From: an uncultured Candidatus Saccharibacteria bacterium
Lineage (GTDB): Bacteria > Patescibacteriota > WWE3 > 9FT-COMBO-53-11
Reading direction: 5' to 3'
Assembly (NCBI GenBank): GCA_964348395.1
Contig: CAYGCK010000001.1
Coordinates: forward strand, 21,018-85,017
DNA length: 64,000 bases
The notes beneath the pieces were generated by a model. That model was not told the origin of the DNA and did no database searches. It saw only the letters and a list, made by a program, of their open reading frames with translations. This document shows positions 9,923-18,072 of this stretch, in pieces. The position numbers and the translations under genes are program-made. Every line of letters starts with the position of its first letter. Positions within the stretch are counted from its first letter, which is position 1.

Positions 9923-10855
9923 ATGCTTTTTCGTAGCGCAAGAGCAATCCTTATCTCCGCCCGACCTTGGCAATGGCTGAAAAACCTGAGTCTTTTTGCA
10001 GCGGCGTTTTTTGGAGGGGATCTTTTTAAGCTGGGTTTTCTACCAAAACTCTTTTGGGCTTTTGTCGCCTTTTGCCTACTTTCGTCAACCGCTTACTTGA
10101 TAAACGATATACGGGATAGGAAGAAGGATCAGAAACATCCTACCAAGAAGAAAAGACCGATCGCCTCGGGAGAATTGTCGGTGGGGTGGGCGGTGGTGGT
10201 TGCTGCAGTTTTAGGCATCGGAACTTTGACTTACACCTATATCTCCTTCAACGCTTACTTTTTCTTAGTGTCGGTAGCTTTTATTATCCTTCAGCTAAGC
10301 TACAGTTTTTTGATAAGGGACGTAATCATACTCGACGCTTTGTGGGTTGCCGCGGCTTTTGTCCTCCGGGTTTACGCAGGAGCTTTCGTTATCCCAACAC
10401 CAATCTCCGCGTGGCTGATACTATCCGTAATAGGTTTATCGCTGCTTCTTGCTTTTGGTAAACGCCGTAGCGAGCGGACCCTTTTGTCTAAGTTGCATAA
10501 AAGGCTTTTGACTCGGGAGACTCTTCGCCACTACCCCGATACGCTGCTGGATTCTATGATCGCTATGTCCTCCTCCTACACAGCCTTGGCCTATTCAATT
10601 TTTGCCTTCCAAAGTTCGCCGGAGGGGGCGTCGTATCTTGCCGGGATCTTGCCCGCCACTCTCGCCTCCCCGAAGTGGGCACTTCTTACCGTACCTCTAG
10701 TCCTCTATGGTATAGCGAGATATCTTTTCGTAATTTACGAAAAAAAGGAAGGAGAATCTCCTGAGAAGGTTCTTATCACCGATTTGCCGCTTCTGGCTGT
10801 GGTTTTGGTTTGGGTTTTTACCTCCTTCGTTATCGTTTATTCGCTCGGGGACTAA
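9923..10855 (+). CDS. UbiA-family prenyltransferase, decaprenyl-phosphate phosphoribosyltransferase (DPPR synthase)-like
   Basis: NDIRDRKKDQKHPTKKKRPIASGEL matches the Rv3806c-type NDxxDxxxDxxHPxKxxRPIAxG motif. SD TAAGGAG precedes the ATG; 8-9 TM helices. Confidence 0.7.
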   Translation: MLFRSARAILISARPWQWLKNLSLFAAAFFGGDLFKLGFLPKLFWAFVAFCLLSSTAYLINDIRDRKKDQKHPTKKKRPIASGELSVGWAVVVAAVLGIGTLTYTYISFNAYFFLVSVAFIILQLSYSFLIRDVIILDALWVAAAFVLRVYAGAFVIPTPISAWLILSVIGLSLLLAFGKRRSERTLLSKLHKRLLTRETLRHYPDTLLDSMIAMSSSYTALAYSIFAFQSSPEGASYLAGILPATLASPKWALLTVPLVLYGIARYLFVIYEKKEGESPEKVLITDLPLLAVVLVWVFTSFVIVYSLGD

Positions 10856-11917
10856 CTAAAGCTTTTTTGAAAATTCGGCGGATACCCAACCCTCGCGCCC
10901 CTGAAAGTCTATCTTAAACCATCCGCCCTGCTCACTAAGGTAGGTATATGTATCGCCAGGAGCGGCTTTTCCGATCTCCGAGTAGGTCGTGCCGGGGCCG
11001 GATCGAACGCGCAGAAACCCGAGCCCGGTTTCCAGAATTTGAACCTTGGGAGGAGTGGGATACAGTTTTGAAATCACCAAGTTGAGGGTGTTTTGGCCAG
11101 CTTGCGAGAGGGTGCTACCTTGCCCGAGATACCCCACGCTATAACTCTCCTCCGTCCTTGGCAAAGAGGCTATGGCAACCTCAGAACCCGCCGAATCGTA
11201 AAACTTCCCGTCCTCCGTCAGGAAGAAGTCATAAGATGCTCCTCCCTCACGCGTTACCCAAAATACTACACCTTGAACCCAGACGGACAAATCGGAATAT
11301 AGCGCTTGGATGCCGGTTGAAAGGTTTGACAAGGTTATCTTGTTATGCGGAGAAGAAAGTTCCTGAGGGCTTTCCGGAAAAGGCCTGAGAGCAAGGTTAG
11401 CCGAAACATTCAACCTAAACCCATCCCTAACAGATATTTTCACGGTCCTTGGAAAGTAACCCTCTTTTTTGATTTCTAGTTCGTACTCACCGGGATCTAT
11501 AGAGCGGGATAACGGAGAGTCTCCGATAGATTCGCCGTCCAAAAAAACCTCGGCGACGGGCTTTGTTATTACCAGAAGCTCACTCCCCGTCGAGGACTCC
11601 GAAAACCAAACCACGTGTCCACCGGAGAAAGTTTCCGACGGTCCTGTGACCCAATCGACGACGCTTAAAGCGCCGGATGTTAAGTGGACTTTTTGATTAA
11701 AATCTCCGAATTGGATAACCGGGTCCCCGGGTTCGAGTTGCTCTGAGAAGTAGGGGGTCTCCCCGACCTCCTCCCCACTTAGATAGACCTTCTGCCCCTG
11801 CGGATCGGAATTTATAGACAAGGCGGCGCGGCGGGCTATTGCCCCGCTTAAGTAAACCGCGGCGACCAAGCCGACGACGATGAGAAATACAACAACCCAG
11901 CGAAGTTTCCTTAGCAC
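10856..11917 (-). CDS. PEGA-domain protein with C-terminal SH3b domain, N-terminal TM anchor
   Basis: VFLDGESIGDSPL ... PGEYELEIKKEGYFP (PEGA) and GFLRVRSGPGTTYSEIGKAAPGDTYTYLSEQGGWFKI (bacterial SH3-like). Confidence 0.6.
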   Translation of the reverse strand: MLRKLRWVVVFLIVVGLVAAVYLSGAIARRAALSINSDPQGQKVYLSGEEVGETPYFSEQLEPGDPVIQFGDFNQKVHLTSGALSVVDWVTGPSETFSGGHVVWFSESSTGSELLVITKPVAEVFLDGESIGDSPLSRSIDPGEYELEIKKEGYFPRTVKISVRDGFRLNVSANLALRPFPESPQELSSPHNKITLSNLSTGIQALYSDLSVWVQGVVFWVTREGGASYDFFLTEDGKFYDSAGSEVAIASLPRTEESYSVGYLGQGSTLSQAGQNTLNLVISKLYPTPPKVQILETGLGFLRVRSGPGTTYSEIGKAAPGDTYTYLSEQGGWFKIDFQGREGWVSAEFSKKL

Positions 11918-11979
11918 GCCTCTAGTGTAACAGAAGAAAAAAGACCGCCGAAATCAAAAGACTCGGCGGCGTCTACGCT

Positions 11980-12195
11980 CTACCTCCAGATCCCCGCCCT
12001 CCAAAGCGTAAAGAGTGCGAGAAAGCTGAAGCTTCCCGAACAGAAAGACATAGCGACGATCCCCCACATCAGGAATTTGGGCAACCCTTCTCCCAGCCTC
12101 ACCAAGCTGACGACCAGGATAATGAGGGAAAGAACCAAAGCAAACAGCACACAGGCTGCAGCGATTTCTGCTCGTCGACGAGTCTCGGGATCCAT
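11980..12195 (-). CDS. small membrane protein (71 aa), hypothetical
   Basis: Internal ATG at 12195 preceded by GGAAAGGAGGGG. The longer ORF-track version runs antisense through tRNA-Cys. Confidence 0.3.
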   Translation of the reverse strand: MDPETRRRAEIAAACVLFALVLSLIILVVSLVRLGEGLPKFLMWGIVAMSFCSGSFSFLALFTLWRAGIWR

Positions 12196-12283
12196 CGTCC
12201 CCTCCTTTCCTAAAGTTGTATTAGCTATAGGGTAACAGCGGAAAGGATTGAAATCAATTCCGGGTGTTAAAATACACTCGTAT

Positions 12284-12357
12284 GGTGCGGTGGCCGAGTG
12301 GTTAGGCAGGCGCCTGCAGAGCGTCTCACGGGGGTTCGACTCCCCCCCGCACCTCCA
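12284..12357 (+). tRNA. tRNA-Cys (GCA)
   Basis: Cloverleaf folded by hand: acceptor GGTGCGG/CCGCACC, T-arm GGGGG-TTCGACT-CCCCC, anticodon loop CTGCAGA, encoded CCA. Confidence 0.85.
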
Positions 12358-12382
12358 CCAAATCACGAGAGGAGGTGAAAAC

Positions 12383-12799
12383 ATGGCTTATTACGACTTT
12401 GACTTTCCATCAATCTTTAAACTTTTCGGTTGGGGCGGTATGGACGAGAACATGCCCCGCTTCTCATCCGCGGGTTTGAATATCCACGAGGCCAAAGGAG
12501 AACTTGTGGTTGAAGCCCCCGTTCCAGGCGTCAAAAAGGGTGAGGTAACTGTCGAGGTTGCCGATGGGGTTATCAAGATTGACGCCGTCCACCGGGAAAC
12601 GGAGGAGGAGAAAAAAGAAAAATCCTTCATTTACCGAGCCCAGAGGGCACGCGAGTTTCACTACTCGACCTCCCTACCTAAAGAGGTAAAAGAGGGTGAA
12701 GCCAAAGCGAAGCTCGAGGACGGGGTTTTAAAAATCCACATCCCCCTAAAAGAAAGCGCAAAGAAAAAGCGCTCCACCGTCCCGGTTGAGGGAGAGTAG
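12383..12799 (+). CDS. Hsp20/alpha-crystallin small heat-shock protein
   Basis: SD GGAGGTGA lies 5 nt upstream. An alpha-crystallin-domain-like core (LVVEAPVPGVKKGEVTVEV ... LEDGVLKIHIP) is present. Confidence 0.8.
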   Translation: MAYYDFDFPSIFKLFGWGGMDENMPRFSSAGLNIHEAKGELVVEAPVPGVKKGEVTVEVADGVIKIDAVHRETEEEKKEKSFIYRAQRAREFHYSTSLPKEVKEGEAKAKLEDGVLKIHIPLKESAKKKRSTVPVEGE

Positions 12800-12808
12800 G
12801 TAGAGCGC

Positions 12809-12979
12809 CTAGCCTTCGAGCCTAAAAAGACGGGCAAAGAAGGCAAACGATAGTACCAGCATGGCGGGAGCCCAGAGACCGGAGGTAACTCGAAAAATGA
12901 GGCCGGCGTTCCAGAGCTCGGCTCCCACGAAGTAGACCACAACCGCCCCGGCCCCTACCGCCAGAAGAAATTTGAACAT
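12809..12979 (-). CDS. small membrane protein (56 aa)
   Basis: ATG at 12979 with SD GAAAGGAGAC; two hydrophobic helices. Confidence 0.3.
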   Translation of the reverse strand: MFKFLLAVGAGAVVVYFVGAELWNAGLIFRVTSGLWAPAMLVLSFAFFARLFRLEG

Positions 12980-13022
12980 CGAACGTCTCCTTTCTATAGG
13001 TTTTAACCATTTTAGCACGGGA

Positions 13023-13625
13023 TTACCTTTTTTTGAAGATTTTGCGGAAAAGTCCGTCCACAATCTCCCTTAAGCGGAGCGGGAAGAGATGTCCATAGTG
13101 GTTAAACTTGACGAGGAGGATATTTCCCCTCTCACCCTCCAAGATTGTGACACCGGTGTTGGCGACGTGGGAGTTTTTGATGAGCTGGTCACGGTAACCC
13201 AAGCTGTAAAGGAGCGCTTTGGTAAACACCCCGTGGGCTATGATTGCAACCCTCTTCCCCTTCTCTTGCCGGATAACCTTATCCAAAGCTTTCCGTCCAC
13301 GCTTCATCACCTCATTCAACGATTCCTTCCCACCGACAGGAAAATCCAATTCCATATGGTGGGTCTTGACGTATTCGGTCCAATCCTCCGGTGAGTTGGT
13401 CGAAATCTCGCGAAACTCGGGGACTATCTTAACGCCGAGTCCTAACCCATCCCCCACAACCTTCGCCGTCTCGACAGCTCGCTTGAGGTCGCTAGAGTAG
13501 AGGGATTCCGCACCTTCTCCCGCTAAAAAACGAGCAAGAGCCAAAGATTGCCTCTCGCCAAGTCTTGTTATACCCCCGTCCTCCGCCTCCTGCGCGTGAC
13601 GGCAAAGATAGATCCTCATAATCAC
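13023..13625 (-). CDS. histidine phosphatase family protein (phosphoglycerate-mutase-like)
   Basis: RHG motif (IYLCRHAQ) and a downstream AIIAHG histidine motif. Confidence 0.7.
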   Translation of the reverse strand: MIMRIYLCRHAQEAEDGGITRLGERQSLALARFLAGEGAESLYSSDLKRAVETAKVVGDGLGLGVKIVPEFREISTNSPEDWTEYVKTHHMELDFPVGGKESLNEVMKRGRKALDKVIRQEKGKRVAIIAHGVFTKALLYSLGYRDQLIKNSHVANTGVTILEGERGNILLVKFNHYGHLFPLRLREIVDGLFRKIFKKR

Positions 13626-13708
13626 AACAGTTTATCAGAAGTCGACTTGACGTTTAAGGTTTTTAGTTCCAAAATTGGTGAAACCTATAAGGAAAGGAGA
13701 AGGACCAA

Positions 13709-14860
13709 ATGCCACTGAGCAAGAAGCATTTCCCTTGGTACCTGGGAGGTTTTTTTCTGTTCGGCCGACTGGTGTTTCTGACGGTACAATCGGAAACGGC
13801 AACCTGGCCCTTCTACCAGCTTGCCGAAATGGGGTGGCCGTACCTCGATTTGTGGGTGGAGTACCCACCTATCTTCCCGTTCCTCTCCAAGATTTTGTTC
13901 TATCTTGCGGGTGGGACCGAGCATGCGTTCGGTTACATGGTTGGGATTACCCTAGCCCTGGTCCATGGATTAGGAATCTCCCTCTTCGCACTTGTTTCTC
14001 GCGAAGTCCACGCCCAATACGAGGATCGTGAGCTTTGGTGGGTTTATCTCGCTTTCGCCCTTATCCTCTCTGCGGGTGGAATGTCTTTTGACGTTCTGGC
14101 TCTTACCCTGATGCTTTTGGGGATCTACTGGGCACTAGCGGGGAAAGATTTGGCCGCCGGGGTAACTATAGGTATTGGGATGCTAAGCAAATGGTTTCCC
14201 GTCTTCGCACTTGTAGGTTTCTTCGCTGGTCTGCCCAAACGGCGGGCGCTCACCATAACCCTGGTCGCGTTTGCCTTGGTCGGGGCGACCTTGGGAGTAC
14301 TCTATGCGGCTTCGCCGGAGATGACCGTCGCCTCCTTGAAGTCGCAACTGACGAAGGGCTCTTGGGAAACCGTCTGGGCGCTCCTGGACGGCAACTACCA
14401 AACCGGTAACTTCGGTGGCCCCCTCTCGGAGCGATTGGACCCTTCTTCGGCCGGTAAGCTCGCGAGAAAACCCGCCGTAGTTCCCGGCTGGATGACACTT
14501 GTCGCGTTTGGAGCGGTTGGTCTTTGGGAGCTCTCAAAGGTCAAAACCGACTCCAGGAACGCCGTCTCCATGCTGGGCCTGACTTGGTGTCTGTTTGGAC
14601 TTTGGACCCCGGGATGGACGCCGGCGTGGGTGGTCTACATAGTGCCGTTCGTTCTTCTCGCATTGCCGAGAAAGAAAGCGCTGCTTTTCACCGCCACCCT
14701 AACTCTGATATCGCTTCTTGAGTGGCCCGTACTTCTGACGCGCGGAAGGTTCGATCTACTGCCGATCCCGGTGATCGCTCGAACCGCTCTGCTGGCCCTT
14801 CTGGCAATCGAGTTCGCGCGGAATTCTTTACGCAAGAGTGGCCGATACCCTCTCCGGTAA
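13709..14860 (+). CDS. polytopic membrane protein, possibly a GT-C-type glycosyltransferase
   Basis: Strong SD AAAGGAGAAGG; about 10 TM helices; no firm family assignment. Confidence 0.5.
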   Translation: MPLSKKHFPWYLGGFFLFGRLVFLTVQSETATWPFYQLAEMGWPYLDLWVEYPPIFPFLSKILFYLAGGTEHAFGYMVGITLALVHGLGISLFALVSREVHAQYEDRELWWVYLAFALILSAGGMSFDVLALTLMLLGIYWALAGKDLAAGVTIGIGMLSKWFPVFALVGFFAGLPKRRALTITLVAFALVGATLGVLYAASPEMTVASLKSQLTKGSWETVWALLDGNYQTGNFGGPLSERLDPSSAGKLARKPAVVPGWMTLVAFGAVGLWELSKVKTDSRNAVSMLGLTWCLFGLWTPGWTPAWVVYIVPFVLLALPRKKALLFTATLTLISLLEWPVLLTRGRFDLLPIPVIARTALLALLAIEFARNSLRKSGRYPLR

Positions 14861-14920
14861 GGACTTATCCGTACCGGAGAGGGAGCGTTAAAAATCTAAC
14901 CAAAGAAAGGAGACGAGAAT

Positions 14921-15679
14921 ATGGCTAAGCGTGATCCGCGCCACCCGGCGCTTCGCGGCTATCAGGTTTGGCGTTGGCTTGGGAAGAGCATCCTCAAAGC
15001 CAAACCACTCTTCGGAACCCAGATCTTGGTTGTGCAGGAGGCGGTTCGGGTTCGCTTGAACGCGAAATACCGGACTACGCTCTCTCAGGGAATCTTCCTC
15101 GTCCCCCGTTGGATCCAGGCTCCAGAGTACGAACTCGAGAAATTCCTCAAACTCTCCCAAGAAGAGCTTCGAGAGAAGGGGATAGTCTGGGTCTCTGAGA
15201 AGGATGGATACTACCTCCTCATCTTCCAACAGGTCGAGGATATGGACCACCTGGTTCGCCAGCAGGACCACATCCTTTTTGACGAGGTGCACACCAGGGC
15301 GTTTGACCTACAGATCAGACCCTATATCCTGGTCCGAAAGACCGCGGCGCGGGAGCTTCGCGAGGTACGTCAAAGACAGCTGACTATGAGGAGGAGGCAG
15401 ATTGAGCGTCTAAGAGAGGGGAAGCTCCGCCCGCCCATCAAACTCCTCAAGGACCCCAAGAAGATGACTCCTAAGGTCATCCAAGGGGTTGTGAACCACC
15501 TTAAGAAGGTGGTCTCCGAGCTCGACGAGATTATCGAGCGGCCGCTTGTGGTAAGGAGAAAGAGGGCGCAGAGGAGCATCCGCTCCGCGATACGCTGGAT
15601 TGGCGAGAGAAATTTCTATCTGGCAAGACGCAGGCTCGAGAAGGCTCTCGAGAATCTGATTTGGCCAGAAGAAGAGTGA
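14921..15679 (+). CDS. basic (R/K-rich) soluble hypothetical protein
   Basis: Strong SD AAAGGAGA; 252 aa; no TM; no recognisable domain. Confidence 0.5.
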   Translation: MAKRDPRHPALRGYQVWRWLGKSILKAKPLFGTQILVVQEAVRVRLNAKYRTTLSQGIFLVPRWIQAPEYELEKFLKLSQEELREKGIVWVSEKDGYYLLIFQQVEDMDHLVRQQDHILFDEVHTRAFDLQIRPYILVRKTAARELREVRQRQLTMRRRQIERLREGKLRPPIKLLKDPKKMTPKVIQGVVNHLKKVVSELDEIIERPLVVRRKRAQRSIRSAIRWIGERNFYLARRRLEKALENLIWPEEE

Positions 15680-15719
15680 GAAGGCTTGGGTCCTAAAGCG
15701 GCTCAGGCCTTTTTCTTTT

Positions 15720-15971
15720 TCAGCCAGCTTTCTGGCTCTCAAACCTTTTGTATTCCTCCGCCATCTCCGGAGTTATAAGTTCAAGAACCTTATCCCTTAT
15801 CGCCGAGGTTTTGATGACCTCCTCCTCGGCAGCGGTTGGAGCCCACGCCTCAACCTTGTCGGCGACCGCACCGGCCTCTTCCCCCGAAAGACCCACCCGC
15901 GTGAGCGCGGAGGAAATCTTAGATTTATCAAAGTCAACTACCTGACCGTCTTTCTTCTCGACCTGAAGCAC
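15720..15971 (-). CDS. stand-alone ATP-cone domain protein
   Basis: VEKKDGQVVDFDKSKISSAL fits the ATP-cone consensus (V-x-KRDG-x-x-E-x-FD-x-x-KI). Confidence 0.5.
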   Translation of the reverse strand: MLQVEKKDGQVVDFDKSKISSALTRVGLSGEEAGAVADKVEAWAPTAAEEEVIKTSAIRDKVLELITPEMAEEYKRFESQKAG

Positions 15972-15999
15972 TTATATCACCCCCTCATCCAAAATACTT

Positions 16000-16266
16000 T
16001 TATTTTTTGCTAAGCACCTCCCAACACCACCCGAAAATGTAGCCCGTTACCCACAAAGAACCGGTAAGAATTATGCCACCCAAGAGGAAGTTTTCTAGGG
16101 TTAGGTTCCACGAGCCAAGGACCGAAAGGTCCATCCCGTGCATCCACCACTCTGTAGCGGTTAGCGAGAGATCGGGCAAAAGCCAAACTATGAGGGAACA
16201 CAAAGCCCAAAGAATCGCTGTTGATAGCGCAAAGGCGTTAGCCAGAACCATTTTGTCCAGCTTCAC
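16000..16266 (-). CDS. small membrane protein
   Basis: GTG start preceded by GGAGGTGA; 3 TM helices. Confidence 0.4.
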   Translation of the reverse strand: MKLDKMVLANAFALSTAILWALCSLIVWLLPDLSLTATEWWMHGMDLSVLGSWNLTLENFLLGGIILTGSLWVTGYIFGWCWEVLSKK

Positions 16267-16353
16267 TTGTTCTTATCACCTCCCCCCAAAAGCAAACCCT
16301 TCCCTTCTTTAAGACTAGAATATTAGGTCTCGATTTCACAACCCACCGTTTTC

Positions 16354-16382
16354 TTTACACTATAGGGTTGGGAAGGTATAAT
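16354..16382 (+). promoter_or_regulatory. near-consensus sigma70 promoter TTTACA-N17-TATAAT
   Basis: -35 at 16354-16359, 17-nt spacer, -10 at 16377-16382. SD GAAAGGAG at 16401 and ATG at 16417 follow. Confidence 0.5.
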
Positions 16383-16416
16383 AGTTTTAACCCTCAAAAA
16401 GAAAGGAGTATGAGAT

Positions 16417-16971
16417 ATGGGACTCAGATTGCGCGATATTCTAGGTCCGCTTATCTGGATGGTACCTCTGGGAGCTGCGACCTTTTTCCTCATGGTCAAG
16501 TTTGGAGAGCAAATCTCCATGGAGCGAAGGGCGCAGGTGGCGGTGGAGGAGACCCTTATGGGGCTCAATATCCCCGCCTGCCGCACCGACTCCGAGATTG
16601 CCTCCTACCTTGCAAGGGCAGAAGACGCCCTCTACGAGGCCGATCAGGACGCCAAAAGCTACCACTTGAAGCGTGAGGAAAACCAGGAGGTGAATCTCGC
16701 GACGCGTTTCAGGGTGAGGTATCTTACCTGGCAACAGGTTGAGCCCCCAGCTTGTGCGGTCGAGATACACGAGCGCATGCTCGCCTACTTTAAGGCTTAC
16801 GAGCGGGCCTACACCGTGAAGCACAACGGAATCTTGGGAGAGCTTTTAGATCCCGTCTACATGGGCTTCATCGGCGTGGGAGTCGAGAACCTTGAGGTCG
16901 CGTGGCGTTTGATCCAGGCCCTCAAAGTCCCACCCCCGCCGCCGAGGAATAACAACTTCCTACACGCCTAA
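16417..16971 (+). CDS. hypothetical protein with N-terminal TM helix
   Basis: 184-aa ORF with its own promoter, SD and terminator; no known domain. Confidence 0.55.
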   Translation: MGLRLRDILGPLIWMVPLGAATFFLMVKFGEQISMERRAQVAVEETLMGLNIPACRTDSEIASYLARAEDALYEADQDAKSYHLKREENQEVNLATRFRVRYLTWQQVEPPACAVEIHERMLAYFKAYERAYTVKHNGILGELLDPVYMGFIGVGVENLEVAWRLIQALKVPPPPPRNNNFLHA

Positions 16972-16980
16972 ACGCGAACA

Positions 16981-17014
16981 GGTGTCCGACCCTCCCACGG
17001 ACACCTTTTCTTTT
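16981..17014 (+). terminator. rho-independent terminator
   Basis: GGTGTCCG-loop-CGGACACC followed by TTTTCTTTT. Confidence 0.65.
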
Positions 17015-17026
17015 ATCCCATAGAAT

Positions 17027-17055
17027 TTGACCGTTAGCGTTATTGCTGGTAACAT
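17027..17055 (+). promoter_or_regulatory. candidate promoter TTGACC-N17-TAACAT
   Basis: -35 at 17027-17032; -10 at 17050-17055. Confidence 0.35.
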
Positions 17056-17072
17056 TACGGAGGTCTGGTATT

Positions 17073-17104
17073 GCACCTGCCTTCGGGCAAGGTGCTTGTT
17101 TTTG
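17073..17104 (+). promoter_or_regulatory. terminator-like hairpin in the leader (attenuator or short sRNA 3' end)
   Basis: GCACCTGCC-TTCG-GGCAAGGTGC stem with tetraloop, followed by TTGTTTTTGG, about 120 nt upstream of the lipoprotein start codon. Confidence 0.4.
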
Positions 17105-17223
17105 GCTCCTTTAAACCAAAACCTCCCGGGACGCGAAAGGGATTTGAGAGTCTCGAGTCTCTCTCGCGTCTCAGGGGCAGGGGCGCACAAAGATCCGAAA
17201 CACCTACGTTCAAGGAGCGTACC

Positions 17224-17835
17224 ATGAAGAAACTCTTGTTCGTGGTGGCCGCACTCGCCCTGCTGGTGGCGGCGTGCGTCCCCGAAGGGGTGACCGGCGA
17301 CGTCCTCGGTTTCTGTGAAGCCGACGGGCGGGTGTACGCAAACCTCACCAACACCACCGACGAAGACGTCGATCTTGAAGGCGCTTGGGGTCTCGGCGTT
17401 CTTGGCGCGGGCGAAACCGCGCTCGGATACCTCGAGGTGGAAGACGGCGAAGGACTAGATCCTTGGTGCCCGCCGCCTCCAGAGGTAGAGCTTCCGGTGG
17501 CCATCCCTAAGATGTGGCTCCTCACCGGGCCTTACGTTGAGCGAAAAGAGCCCGGCGTCGGCTATTCGGGCCACACATGCATCCTGATCAGCGAATCACA
17601 CCCCGCTGTGGAGTGGCAGAACGCCAAGTGCTTCCCCATCAACGATCCCACCTGGACGGCGACCAACGCGCCGTGCGCCGGGCCCGTCTATGAAGACGGT
17701 TCCGACGAGGGTTTGTGGGCGTGTGATGCGCAGATGCGTGCTGAAGGAGCCGGCCGTCTACCGTTGCACGACGCCGACGGCCCAGATCTGATGGAGGTCT
17801 ACCAGCAACACCTGTCCAACATCGGCGACGAATAA
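17224..17835 (+). CDS. Cys-rich lipoprotein, unknown function
   Basis: SD AAGGAG; signal peptide MKKLLFVVAALALLVAAC with lipobox; 10 Cys; GC-rich coding. Confidence 0.6.
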   Translation: MKKLLFVVAALALLVAACVPEGVTGDVLGFCEADGRVYANLTNTTDEDVDLEGAWGLGVLGAGETALGYLEVEDGEGLDPWCPPPPEVELPVAIPKMWLLTGPYVERKEPGVGYSGHTCILISESHPAVEWQNAKCFPINDPTWTATNAPCAGPVYEDGSDEGLWACDAQMRAEGAGRLPLHDADGPDLMEVYQQHLSNIGDE

Positions 17836-17847
17836 CATCGCCACTAA

Positions 17848-17884
17848 GGTGCTCTCTCTGCCCCGAGAGCACCTTTTTCTTTTT
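17848..17884 (+). terminator. rho-independent terminator
   Basis: GGTGCTCTC-loop-GAGAGCACC followed by TTTTTCTTTTT. Confidence 0.65.
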
Positions 17885-17890
17885 GCTTCA

Positions 17891-17933
17891 AAAAAGATTC
17901 GGGGCTGGGTAAACGCCGACTATACCCAGCCCC
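17891..17933 (-). terminator. minus-strand terminator (11-bp perfect stem followed by T-run)
   Basis: GGGGCTGGGTA / TACCCAGCCCC stem; on the minus strand it is followed by TTTTTT. Confidence 0.45.
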
Positions 17934-18072
17934 ATCCATCAAGGAGGAGAAGATGAGAAACACCGCAGGTTGCCTCTCATGTTGTCCACCAACCAAACGG
18001 GCCTGCACGCGCTTGGAAGGCTTGCTTGGCCTGCATGTGCTCTTCTTCTTCCACAAAGAGTCTAACACGAAA

